Sequence record: NC_054906.1
Origin: Enterobacteria phage RB18
Reading direction: 5' to 3' (one strand)
DNA length: 64,000 bases
Below, in pieces: positions 21,227-31,283 of the stretch. Each line of letters starts with the position of its first letter. Positions within the stretch are counted from its first letter, which is position 1. Below the pieces are notes generated by a model. It ran no database searches, was not told the DNA's origin, and saw nothing but the letters and a program-made list of their open reading frames with translations. The position numbers and the translations under genes are program-made.

Positions 21227-21234
21227 TATTTATA
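21227..21234 (-). promoter_or_regulatory. Late promoter (TATAAATA, minus strand) for alt
   Basis: tatttata on plus strand about 21 nt upstream of the alt ATG. Confidence 0.6.
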
Positions 21235-21238
21235 AAAT

Positions 21239-21258
21239 TAAAGGCCCGAAGGCCTTTA
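21239..21258 (-). terminator. Terminator hairpin downstream of the ligase operon
   Basis: aaaggcc-CGAA-ggccttt. Confidence 0.6.
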
Positions 21259-21444
21259 ATAATCTAGTGGTAAGAGAGTACGGTATATTTCAAACTTTGG
21301 ACCTTTTTCATAGGCATCAAATGTTTCTGTGAATTTATTATAAGCATATGCATCTACAAATTCGAGAATGACTTGTGATACAGAAGTAGAAACATCTCCA
21401 CCTTCTTTTTGAGCAATGACAATTGTTTCTAAGTAAGCTTTCAT
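21256..21444 (-). CDS. Hypothetical protein (62 aa)
   Basis: ORF with ATGA overlap to ligase stop. Confidence 0.4.
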   Translation of the reverse strand: MKAYLETIVIAQKEGGDVSTSVSQVILEFVDAYAYNKFTETFDAYEKGPKFEIYRTLLPLDY

Positions 21445-22904
21445 AAACCAGTTACCTCATGAAAATCACCAAATACATCCTCGAATGTATTAGCTTTAGT
21501 TTTATCTTCACGTAAACGAATCGCAATCGGAAGAAATAATTTAACGTAATCAGTGCGGCCATCAGATTTTAACCAACCGTTACATTCGCACTCTAGAATT
21601 TTTCCAATATAATAATTTTGGTTTTCCATAATGCGAGTACGGTCAAGTTCATGTGATTTTACGCCGGCTTTATCTTTTAAGCCTGAACCAGCATTTACCT
21701 TAATTTTTCCACACTCTGACTCAAGAATAAATCCACCCGCTTTAGTAGGGTCTTTACGGTGAGGATAAATTCCTACAATTTTTAAATCAACATCAATTAC
21801 TTCTTTAAATTTATAGAGATTTTTTGAACGAGCATTTTCCCATAATCCATCGATATTTTTGAGAATAATACCTTCAAGACCTTGGTCAATATACTTTTTA
21901 TAAATTACCTTAGCTTCATCTAGGTTATTTACTACTTGGTTTTCAATTAAAATTACTTTATCATATCCTGATGTCATTTGTTCTAGTTTAGAAAAACGTA
22001 CATCATATTTTAAACGAAACACCGGAAGACCATATATTTCTACTAATGGAACATAGTCCCAGACCTGAAACTTCATGCATTGAGCTTCTTTTTCTGAAAT
22101 AGTTCCCTTTAAAGATTTATTGGCGATGCCATTAGATGCAGTACGTGATTCAGCTACTTCGGCGAATTCTTTAGCTTTACTAATTTCAGGATAAGCATCA
22201 AAAAGAAAATCTAGGCCTTCTGGCTCCTTTTTAACTTGCTCATGGTATACCAATTCGCCATCAATTAACACACCTTCTGGATGAATCTGGCGGGCTTCAG
22301 CGGTCATTTTAATTAACTCTTCCTTAAGAAGATCTAATCCTAGATATTCATTACCAGCTCGTGATAAAAGACGAACATCATCTAATTCATCACCTCTGAC
22401 TTCAGCAAAGCACCGAGCTCCATCAGCTTTTAACTGGGCAAAAGCTGGAAATTTGATATTCTTATTAATGCCTTTTTCATCATAAGAACTTGCAAGCATT
22501 TGAGGTTGTTCAGGAATTAAACCTGGCCAAACTTTGTTTGCAATAGATACTGAAGCACCGCATTCAAGGTCTCGCATCATCACACGACGCAAAACTTCAA
22601 CATCATCTTTTTTACCGTCAGTAATATATCCAGTTAATTCCTCAATTGCCGCATTTCCAGTCAATTTCCGAGTAGCTAACGTTAATTCAATGAAGTCAAG
22701 CATATCGGTAAGAGTCAACATTCCAAAACTCTGGGTAGCAATACCCGGTTTAGGCCATTTCTTGATATAATACTGTAACCCGCGAGAATAAGTCAGACGA
22801 TATACTCGTTTAAGCAATTCATTATCTTTGTTCTTTTCAAGAATTGCTTGCTTCTGCTTAGTTGAACCAATAGATGCTATTTCGTTCAGAATTTTAAGAA
22901 TCAT
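21441..22904 (-). CDS. 30: ATP-dependent DNA ligase gp30
   Basis: 487 aa; KADGAR adenylation motif. Confidence 0.9.
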   Translation of the reverse strand: MILKILNEIASIGSTKQKQAILEKNKDNELLKRVYRLTYSRGLQYYIKKWPKPGIATQSFGMLTLTDMLDFIELTLATRKLTGNAAIEELTGYITDGKKDDVEVLRRVMMRDLECGASVSIANKVWPGLIPEQPQMLASSYDEKGINKNIKFPAFAQLKADGARCFAEVRGDELDDVRLLSRAGNEYLGLDLLKEELIKMTAEARQIHPEGVLIDGELVYHEQVKKEPEGLDFLFDAYPEISKAKEFAEVAESRTASNGIANKSLKGTISEKEAQCMKFQVWDYVPLVEIYGLPVFRLKYDVRFSKLEQMTSGYDKVILIENQVVNNLDEAKVIYKKYIDQGLEGIILKNIDGLWENARSKNLYKFKEVIDVDLKIVGIYPHRKDPTKAGGFILESECGKIKVNAGSGLKDKAGVKSHELDRTRIMENQNYYIGKILECECNGWLKSDGRTDYVKLFLPIAIRLREDKTKANTFEDVFGDFHEVTGL

Positions 22905-23170
22905 TGTTCATCCTTTAGAGTTTGGTTTACAGCTCTATTATAAATCAATTCATCATTAAGCTCAGTCAAAGACCTGTGGTACGTGGTTCTAACTTTATTT
23001 CCTTGCATCCAGTGCTTGACGTAAATGAAACCTTGCTCTACACATTTTTTAAAAATTCGTTCGTCTTTTTGAGCTCGGAATTCTGGATTGCATCTAAAAA
23101 ATTGATTTACGTGACCGTAATCACGTGTAGTATTACCTTCATTTTCATAAATAGTGTGAACGACAAACAT
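22901..23170 (-). CDS. Hypothetical protein (30.1 position)
   Basis: 89 aa ORF. Confidence 0.5.
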   Translation of the reverse strand: MFVVHTIYENEGNTTRDYGHVNQFFRCNPEFRAQKDERIFKKCVEQGFIYVKHWMQGNKVRTTYHRSLTELNDELIYNRAVNQTLKDEQ

Positions 23171-24006
23171 TAGAATGCTCCTTGGAAAATATTATCACCA
23201 CTAGTAGGTCTATTATACAAATACTCTATGCCACCAGGTTTAATATAGTTCCATGTCTGAAACGGATGTGTCTGATATGGATGATATAGATTATAAGGAT
23301 TAAATCCAGGAGTTCTCCAGGTAGTGTTCCAAGGAAAAGAATCATTTTTAATCATCTTTTCAATTACATCTTTTATAACTTTTTCACTATCAAAACTTTC
23401 TTTATTTTCCTTCGATGGAAAAAGCTTATTCTCTACATCATTCCATGTATAAACTCGCTGAGCGGTTTTTGGAATACTGTCACGCTCCCCTCGAGCCATC
23501 CAATAAACAGGAACATTTAATATTTCACTCGCGTGATCGCAATGGTGAGCGAGATCGTCAATATAACAAATTACGTTATATTTCTCTTTTGCCTTTTTGA
23601 ACAACTCTTCTTTTGAAGAATCATGACCACACATCAATACTTCTGAGAAGGCACCAGGAAAAAGAGCATTCAAATTAAATTGACGATTCAGCAGAGCGTC
23701 AATAGAATCACCCAATGCTGTAACAGCTACAAAATTATAATCTTCTTTTAATTTGTTAATTACACACAGGGCATCTTTATATGGAGACAAGTAACGAATA
23801 AAATCTGAACGATTATACTTTTCGATTAATTTAACACCGAGTTCTTCATCGCAATTAAAGAGCTTACCAGGAGAAATAAATTTTTCGTCCTGAATCATTT
23901 TTAAAATATGTTCCAACGGAAGATTATATTTTTGGGCAAAATAAGGAAGGCCCGATTGCCAGCTTAAACATACCCCGTCAATATCAGTCAAAATAGTAGG
24001 CTTCAT
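23170..24006 (-). CDS. HAD-like phosphatase / nucleotidase-like protein (30.2 position)
   Basis: N-terminal LTDIDGV DxDG motif typical of HAD superfamily. Confidence 0.5.
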   Translation of the reverse strand: MKPTILTDIDGVCLSWQSGLPYFAQKYNLPLEHILKMIQDEKFISPGKLFNCDEELGVKLIEKYNRSDFIRYLSPYKDALCVINKLKEDYNFVAVTALGDSIDALLNRQFNLNALFPGAFSEVLMCGHDSSKEELFKKAKEKYNVICYIDDLAHHCDHASEILNVPVYWMARGERDSIPKTAQRVYTWNDVENKLFPSKENKESFDSEKVIKDVIEKMIKNDSFPWNTTWRTPGFNPYNLYHPYQTHPFQTWNYIKPGGIEYLYNRPTSGDNIFQGAF

Positions 24007-24467
24007 AGAGAGTCTCTTAATAGGTTTAACACATCAATAAATTCAGCTTCGGTTAGTATTGTATCATCTTTTGTTAGACCGCTGGCCATGCTGTGCTTCA
24101 AAATTTTTCCTTTAGAGGCTTGTAAGGCATCACGAAACCCCTTGTTTTGAATCGCTGCTTCAAAATATGCATTTGTGTACAACTCTTTCCACGCTGGTGA
24201 GTATCTTGAAAACGGAACTCCAAGCCAGAAGAGGGTCCCACGGTCCTGAGCTCTAGCATAAGACCTTCCAGCTTGTTGGGCGGCAAGCCCGGATAACCCA
24301 AATATACGTCTTTGCTGCTCAACATTTTTCACCTTGCATCCTTGGAGGAATCCTTCGAGACCTCCAAATTGAATACCATCCATGACGAAAGGCCATTGGG
24401 CGAAATTACTTAATGCGCATGATGGCCATCTAAAATTGCTTCTAATCTCTAACTCAGACATTTTCAA
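24003..24467 (-). CDS. NADAR (YbiA-like) domain protein (30.3 position)
   Basis: LSNFAQWPFVMDGIQFGGLEGFLQGCKV resembles the YbiA/NADAR core motif. Confidence 0.55.
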   Translation of the reverse strand: MKMSELEIRSNFRWPSCALSNFAQWPFVMDGIQFGGLEGFLQGCKVKNVEQQRRIFGLSGLAAQQAGRSYARAQDRGTLFWLGVPFSRYSPAWKELYTNAYFEAAIQNKGFRDALQASKGKILKHSMASGLTKDDTILTEAEFIDVLNLLRDSL

Positions 24468-24660
24468 TACTTATAATTTCAACATCAGCCCAATGACCAT
24501 AACAAGGAAGACGAAATTCAACTGGCCAGTTAGGGTCCTTTTCTAATATAATAGACTTAACTTGTGGTTCTTCATGTTCATCAGTATATGGATTTTTATC
24601 TGTTACTTTATATGTGACCTTAATGTACTGAATTCCAAAAATCTTATTAATTATATTCAT
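24454..24660 (-). CDS. Hypothetical protein (68 aa)
   Basis: ORF in compact operon. Confidence 0.4.
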   Translation of the reverse strand: MNIINKIFGIQYIKVTYKVTDKNPYTDEHEEPQVKSIILEKDPNWPVEFRLPCYGHWADVEIISIENV

Positions 24661-24854
24661 GCTAATTCCTTTAATCCGTAAATAGGAGATAATTCATCAC
24701 CCATACGAAGGTCTTCATTTCCATCTACCCAGGAAACAATATAAGCCTCTTTTATTTGAACACCACTCCATTTAAATGGAGGTAGAACCTTAGAAATTAA
24801 TCCAGGTATACCAACTCCCTTTAATTCAACAGTTTGACCTAAAAAGAATTTCAT
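24657..24854 (-). CDS. Hypothetical protein (65 aa)
   Basis: ORF in compact operon. Confidence 0.4.
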   Translation of the reverse strand: MKFFLGQTVELKGVGIPGLISKVLPPFKWSGVQIKEAYIVSWVDGNEDLRMGDELSPIYGLKELA

Positions 24855-25177
24855 TAGAACCTCATCTGAAAACCGTGCGATTTAACATTACCACCGCCAA
24901 TATCAGAAATGTTAATTTCACTCGCAATTGAAGGGTCAATGTCAATTTCACGATTAAGTTTAGTGATAGCTAAAGTATCGCGCCCATTTACAGTACGGAA
25001 CTCTAAAGGGCAGACTACATTAACGTAGTTTTTAATCGATTCACTGGTAGGCTGCAAATGAGCAGGAAGGTCTTTGGGCGCCTTTGAGAAAACAACTTCA
25101 CAGAAATTTTTGCGGGTGTCAAAATAAGTAGTCATAAACATAATATTTTCCTCAGTAAGGGGCCGAAGCCCCCTCAT
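24854..25177 (-). CDS. Hypothetical protein (up to 107 aa; start may be internal Met)
   Basis: ORF; N-terminal codons overlap a GC hairpin, so a later start is likely. Confidence 0.4.
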   Translation of the reverse strand: MRGLRPLTEENIMFMTTYFDTRKNFCEVVFSKAPKDLPAHLQPTSESIKNYVNVVCPLEFRTVNGRDTLAITKLNREIDIDPSIASEINISDIGGGNVKSHGFQMRF

Positions 25178-25182
25178 TCATT

Positions 25183-25560
25183 TTAAATATCAAATTCGTT
25201 AAGAACTACATCAAAGATTGCTTCAAGATGCTCAGGTTTAGCTCTGTTACTCAGAATATGACGAATCCAAGTTTTAACCAAAAGCTTGCGATTAACGCCA
25301 TTCCAGCAAGGATGAGTCCCTAAATCGCGTTCACGGAAATCATCATCCAGAGCGATTTTAAAGTTGGAACCTTCCATCGTGATTGAAACCGTGATACCGT
25401 TTTCAAATCGCATATAAACGTAATTAGGAGTCATATACTGCTCAATTTCGCATACTGATCCATTTTGATGTTTCCAGAGGCAAATAGTATCAATAGAACC
25501 TGCAATACCATTAGAAACATATTTACGTTCAAAGTTAATGTAGTTCATTTTATTCTCCAA
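25183..25560 (-). CDS. Hypothetical protein (125 aa)
   Basis: ORF preceded by early promoter. Confidence 0.45.
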   Translation of the reverse strand: MENKMNYINFERKYVSNGIAGSIDTICLWKHQNGSVCEIEQYMTPNYVYMRFENGITVSITMEGSNFKIALDDDFRERDLGTHPCWNGVNRKLLVKTWIRHILSNRAKPEHLEAIFDVVLNEFDI

Positions 25561-25584
25561 GATGTTTAATTGCGGTACAGGTAT

Positions 25585-25613
25585 ATAATATCATATCCTG
25601 TACCAAAGTAAAC
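25585..25613 (-). promoter_or_regulatory. T4-type early promoter
   Basis: Minus strand GTTTACT, 17 nt, TATTAT. Confidence 0.5.
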
Positions 25614-25615
25614 AA

Positions 25616-25948
25616 TTATTTTACTACTTTCCAATGCTGCATGTCAAGTTTACCAACTTTTTTCATCTTCTCAATTAAGCGTTCGGCACGTTGGCGAGCT
25701 GTAACATAATACCATTCACCTAATTCATTTTGTTCAATTTTTCCAACGATTACTGTATTCAATTCATAAATCCAACCAGTAAAGAAATTATGAACTTGAA
25801 TTGTAAAGGTGAAATCTGTTCCCATACCTTCTGTTGTTTCTACTTCAATAATATCACCTTCAACTGCCATTAAGAACCACATAGTTTCATCATATTTACC
25901 ATTGAAGCATTTAGTTTTAACTGTAGCGTTCAGATTAATCGTTTTCAT
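25616..25948 (-). CDS. Hypothetical protein (110 aa)
   Basis: ORF with SD. Confidence 0.45.
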   Translation of the reverse strand: MKTINLNATVKTKCFNGKYDETMWFLMAVEGDIIEVETTEGMGTDFTFTIQVHNFFTGWIYELNTVIVGKIEQNELGEWYYVTARQRAERLIEKMKKVGKLDMQHWKVVK

Positions 25949-25975
25949 TTTATTCTCCTTTGTTTGTGTAAGATA

Positions 25976-26005
25976 ATACTATCACAAAGGAACCATACTG
26001 TAAAC
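25976..26005 (-). promoter_or_regulatory. T4-type early promoter
   Basis: Minus strand GTTTACA, 17 nt, TAGTAT. Confidence 0.45.
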
Positions 26006-26034
26006 AACTTTATGCAATCTTTGGAAAATAAAAA

Positions 26035-26052
26035 AGGACTCCCGAAGGAGTC
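26035..26052 (-). terminator. Intrinsic terminator
   Basis: ggactcc-CGAA-ggagtcc followed by T-run on minus strand. Confidence 0.65.
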
Positions 26053-26058
26053 CTCAAC

Positions 26059-26235
26059 TTATGCTTTCTGCTTACCAAAACGAGAAGCATCATCTCGAAG
26101 AACCGCACGTGCTCGGCGCATGATCTTCTCAACAGTTTGATTGATACGAGAGTTCGACCCACGCTTGTAGCCAGCGCGTTTAGAATCACCAACTTTCTTT
26201 TCAACTGCTTTCTTTGCTTTAGCTTGTTTTGCCAT
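26059..26235 (-). CDS. Small lysine/arginine-rich basic protein (30.9-like position)
   Basis: MAKQAKAKKAVEKK...; start at internal Met of track ORF. Confidence 0.4.
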   Translation of the reverse strand: MAKQAKAKKAVEKKVGDSKRAGYKRGSNSRINQTVEKIMRRARAVLRDDASRFGKQKA

Positions 26236-26358
26236 TATAAATTCTCTTTTAAATGAAAATGCAGGACTTATTGGCATTGCCTGCGCAAGCCCTCAAAAAA
26301 GGGGTACTTAGGTTTTGAATATTTACCGACAGGATAACCATAAACCTCGTCAACATAA

Positions 26359-26607
26359 TTACTTCAGTGTTACCACAAAGTGACGAACTGCTTTTCGTGC
26401 AGCAGAAGCCAAAGGCTTAGCATATTTAAGTTCATCTTTTTCCTGAAGCTCAGCAGCTAATGCAGTTTGAGCAGGATTCAGATGTTTGAAATAACGCAGG
26501 ATTTCAAGAGCTTCGGCTTCAACATCAATAGATGCGCCATAGTTTTCGTGACCATTATTCCATGCGTTTCGTTGCAGTTCAAGAGCGTGTTGTAATTGTT
26601 TAATCAT
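26359..26607 (-). CDS. rIII: rIII lysis inhibition accessory protein
   Basis: 82 aa ORF immediately downstream of gene 31, as T4 rIII. Confidence 0.6.
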   Translation of the reverse strand: MIKQLQHALELQRNAWNNGHENYGASIDVEAEALEILRYFKHLNPAQTALAAELQEKDELKYAKPLASAARKAVRHFVVTLK

Positions 26608-26733
26608 TTAAAAATTCTCGTTAGAGATTAAAACTCGGTAGTCACGTTCTTCTGAATTTCATCTTCTTTCGACAGATCTCTCAGTTGTAGACTACCACAT
26701 AGAATTGAAACTCAATTCATATTATTATTTATA

Positions 26734-27069
26734 TCACTTATAAAGACACGGAATAGCTTTATAGTGACAGGTAACGAATTTTTGTTTAATTTCTTTTGGC
26801 TGCTTAAGACCCAGAGCTACAAAAGGATGTGGAACGTTTCGAATTTGACCAACTGGAAGAGAAGTCAAATCACCAACTTCACAGAAACCTTCAGGAACAT
26901 CAGGACCAACAGAGTGAATTACACACAGTTCAGGAACTTCACCTTGAACACGTTTACCGATAATAAGTCCTGATTCTGTAACTTCTTCATCACCGGCTTG
27001 TGCAGGTTCAGAAACTAAAATAACATATTCACCGACAGCACGAATTGGTAGCTGTTGTACTTCAGACAT
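26734..27069 (-). CDS. 31: Co-chaperonin gp31 (GroES analogue)
   Basis: 111 aa, same length and position as T4 gp31. Confidence 0.85.
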   Translation of the reverse strand: MSEVQQLPIRAVGEYVILVSEPAQAGDEEVTESGLIIGKRVQGEVPELCVIHSVGPDVPEGFCEVGDLTSLPVGQIRNVPHPFVALGLKQPKEIKQKFVTCHYKAIPCLYK

Positions 27070-27098
27070 CGTTTTTCCTTTTTGTTAACAGATGAATT

Positions 27099-27126
27099 AA
27101 TAATAACAAATAATTCTTAAAGCATT
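27099..27126 (-). promoter_or_regulatory. MotA-dependent middle promoter for gene 31
   Basis: Minus strand AAATGCTTTA MotA box, 12 nt, TATTAT -10. Confidence 0.55.
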
Positions 27127-27434
27127 TATTTACCAATAAATTGGAGTAAATGCTCAACTTTCATACCATTAACAGAAATCAATTTGTCAATAGAAAAACC
27201 TCGCCACTCGCCAAGCTCAACATCAAATACTGGAATCATGTCAGTAGATTCTTTCCGAGCAGATTCAGTCAATTTACCAGTTTGCATGGTTGGCATAAAG
27301 TCAGCATCGCGAGTACCTTTCATAGTACGAATAGTACCATCAGACTTTTCAAAAACTACGTTTGAAATACCCATGGACAATTTAGTTTTCAAAATTTCAC
27401 GAATTGCCACTTTCTGTTCAGTTGTCAGTTTCAT
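27126..27434 (-). CDS. Hypothetical protein (31.1 position)
   Basis: 102 aa ORF. Confidence 0.5.
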   Translation of the reverse strand: MKLTTEQKVAIREILKTKLSMGISNVVFEKSDGTIRTMKGTRDADFMPTMQTGKLTESARKESTDMIPVFDVELGEWRGFSIDKLISVNGMKVEHLLQFIGK

Positions 27435-27671
27435 TTATTTACCTATTACAGTTTTAATATGAGTTGTTCCACGTTCTTTAAGGGTGGAAAGTAATTTTTG
27501 GCATTTTTCTAAATCAGATTTCCAACTATATGGTCTATCAATACTAGTCCAATCAGTTTTATAATACTGTTTCCATTTAGAGAAAAAATATTTCTTATAC
27601 TCTACAGCAAACGAGATGTTCTCGTTAGAATAAGAACTAATTGCTGTGAGTTGTACCAAACGAAATTTCAT
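27435..27671 (-). CDS. Hypothetical protein (31.2 position)
   Basis: 78 aa ORF. Confidence 0.45.
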   Translation of the reverse strand: MKFRLVQLTAISSYSNENISFAVEYKKYFFSKWKQYYKTDWTSIDRPYSWKSDLEKCQKLLSTLKERGTTHIKTVIGK

Positions 27672-28252
27672 TATTCACCACAGAATTCGTTGATATTTTC
27701 CCAGTTTAACTTATTCAAGTTTTTCTTAGGAACATTAAACACTTCAATACCTGCATTTCGCAGAATATCATCCCAACCAGGTTTATTTTTATCGTATGTT
27801 TCGCAATAAACCAGCTTTTTAATACCAGATTGAGCTATCGCTTTTGCACAATCTGGACAAGGAGAAAGTGTTACATACATAGTAGCACCTTCAATAGAAG
27901 AACCATTTCGTGCAGCAAACAAAATTGCATTTAGTTCAGCATGAATTTCATTTTTAGACGACCATTCAGAGTGAGCGCTACGGTGTTCTTTCGCCAAGAC
28001 AAAGCGATCAGTTGAACCAAATGATACGCATTCAGGCTTATGGCCTTGGATAATAGTATGTTTAGGTTTATTCAGCAACCAACCTTGCTCGGCGGCATAA
28101 TCACAACAGTTCACACCACCAGCAGGTGAACCATTATATCCAGTAGAAATAATACGTCCATTCTTTTCAATTACTGCTCCTACCTTCCAGGAGCAACATT
28201 TTGATTCCTGCGATACTAAATATGCAATTTGAAGTACTGTACTCGCTTTCAT
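27671..28252 (-). CDS. cd: dCMP deaminase
   Basis: 193 aa; HAELNA and PCPDCAKA zinc-binding motifs. Confidence 0.9.
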   Translation of the reverse strand: MKASTVLQIAYLVSQESKCCSWKVGAVIEKNGRIISTGYNGSPAGGVNCCDYAAEQGWLLNKPKHTIIQGHKPECVSFGSTDRFVLAKEHRSAHSEWSSKNEIHAELNAILFAARNGSSIEGATMYVTLSPCPDCAKAIAQSGIKKLVYCETYDKNKPGWDDILRNAGIEVFNVPKKNLNKLNWENINEFCGE

Positions 28253-28587
28253 TTCATAATCACCAGATAAGCAGATTTAGCAGTTTCAACACGATAAATT
28301 TCGTGACGAAGTTTAGTTATACTTTTAATAACAGAACTAATTATATTCTGCCCATCTTTAAAGCGGTTTTTCTTATCAATAAAAATTGCGCCAACCATCT
28401 TTTTGTGAAGCTCAACTGGATACTTCGTCACAATAATAGCATCATATACGGAAGGATGAATACTATTCACCAGAGTGTCATTCATTAAAGTTATTCTAAT
28501 GAACTGAGCTGTTTCAGAGTCAAGCGCTCTATGATCGCCAGTATCATTTTCAAGACAATTATCAATTATATCAGTTAAATTCATCAT
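28249..28587 (-). CDS. Hypothetical protein (cd.1 position)
   Basis: 112 aa ORF. Confidence 0.45.
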   Translation of the reverse strand: MMNLTDIIDNCLENDTGDHRALDSETAQFIRITLMNDTLVNSIHPSVYDAIIVTKYPVELHKKMVGAIFIDKKNRFKDGQNIISSVIKSITKLRHEIYRVETAKSAYLVIMK

Positions 28588-28823
28588 AGTACGCCATACA
28601 CCCTTTGTGCTTCAACTAATCCATCAAAATCCAATTTGAGATGTGTTATTTGATCACCATCACCTGGATTCACAATTACTAATACTGAACGAGGAGTTTC
28701 GGTAATAACACGAACTGATGTTTCAGGAAATCGTTCAGAAACCTTATTTACCAATTCCTGTGCAAATAGCTTAACTTTTTCTTGGAATTCTTTAACAGTA
28801 ATCGGTTTTTCACTTAGCAGCAT
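28584..28823 (-). CDS. Hypothetical protein (cd.2 position)
   Basis: 79 aa ORF. Confidence 0.45.
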   Translation of the reverse strand: MLLSEKPITVKEFQEKVKLFAQELVNKVSERFPETSVRVITETPRSVLVIVNPGDGDQITHLKLDFDGLVEAQRVYGVL

Positions 28824-28852
28824 TTTGTTTTCCTCATTTGTTTGGTAGAGCT

Positions 28853-28882
28853 ATAATATCACAACTCTACCGTAAAGTAAAC
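28853..28882 (-). promoter_or_regulatory. T4-type early promoter
   Basis: Minus strand GTTTACT, 17 nt, TATTAT. Confidence 0.5.
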
Positions 28883-28884
28883 TA

Positions 28885-29160
28885 TTAAATTGCTTTGAAT
28901 TCTGCTGTCTGCGATTCAAAACGAATATCGCCTTTGATAACTAGCTCAGCATCAAGACCGAATACAACAATGATATGCGCGGAACCTGGATACAACGTAA
29001 TTGCAATAGAATCCACTTGGTCTGGAAGCAAAGCGTTCAATACATGAGTCACTTGAGCATGGATTCGAAGCTCAGCTGCATTATCAAGTTTTTCAAACAT
29101 ATTATTAGCGATAATTTGGCTAAACACTACTTCTACGATTTTAGAGTAAGTCGGAAACAT
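28885..29160 (-). CDS. Hypothetical protein (cd.3 position)
   Basis: 91 aa ORF. Confidence 0.45.
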   Translation of the reverse strand: MFPTYSKIVEVVFSQIIANNMFEKLDNAAELRIHAQVTHVLNALLPDQVDSIAITLYPGSAHIIVVFGLDAELVIKGDIRFESQTAEFKAI

Positions 29161-29162
29161 AT

Positions 29163-29355
29163 TTACCTCACATAATTTTCTTCAAGCCAATCAATAACAT
29201 CCAACGCATTATCAAAAGTTGAACCATCTACTCTGTCTTCTGTTTCATAATCAAGAACATCTAAGCCTACTCTTCCATCAACAATAGGCCATAAACAAAA
29301 TAGATATTTCTTTTCTTTTTCAATTTTATCACAAAGACGATAAATCTTTTCTAGG

Positions 29356-29363
<8 letters not shown>
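29163..29363 (-). CDS. Hypothetical protein (cd.4 position)
   Basis: 66 aa ORF. Confidence 0.45.
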
Positions 29364-30756
<1,393 letters not shown>

Positions 30757-30760
<4 letters not shown>

Positions 30761-30987
30761 TTATTTTTCTCAACCAATGATTGAATATAATCATGTAGGT
30801 CTTTAGATGCTTTACCCCACTTATTTTGGTATTCATTTTTAAGATTAGCACGTGATTGAGCTAATAAAACATCATTAGTTGGAGGTAAAGATTCTAACCG
30901 CTGAATCTGGCGTCCATAAATCATTGCAGCCATCTCGGATTCATAAATCAATCCTTTGAGATGTTCAAATTGATGCCACGAAATCAT
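30757..30987 (-). CDS. Hypothetical protein (76 aa)
   Basis: ORF. Confidence 0.45.
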
Positions 30988-31283
30988 TTACATTTATCCT
31001 CTTTTAACTCTTGACGATAATAACATATCATAGTTTTCTGGTCATGTACATATCGTTTTACATCATTAAGCCAAATACGAAATTCCTGGGAATCTTCAAA
31101 TGGCATACCGACCCAAGCTTTACCATCGATAACTTTAACTTGCCAAGATAGTTTAGCTTCGTCATATGACTTTATTTGCACAGGCCAATTGGGATGAACT
31201 GTTTCTTTCTTTACTTCTAGAGGCTTTGTAGAACAACCAACTAGAAGACCAATAGATAATATTACTGCTGATAGTTTAATCAT
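30984..31283 (-). CDS. Outer-membrane spanin (o-spanin) lipoprotein
   Basis: Signal peptide with lipobox LLVGC; overlaps i-spanin by 4 nt; T4 pseT.2/pseT.3 spanin position. Confidence 0.6.
   Translation of the reverse strand: MIKLSAVILSIGLLVGCSTKPLEVKKETVHPNWPVQIKSYDEAKLSWQVKVIDGKAWVGMPFEDSQEFRIWLNDVKRYVHDQKTMICYYRQELKEDKCK

Noticed and set aside
26010-26204. 64-aa ORF overlapping the basic-protein gene
   Set aside because: It would run through the terminator hairpin at 26035-26052 and overlaps a better ORF with a start context.
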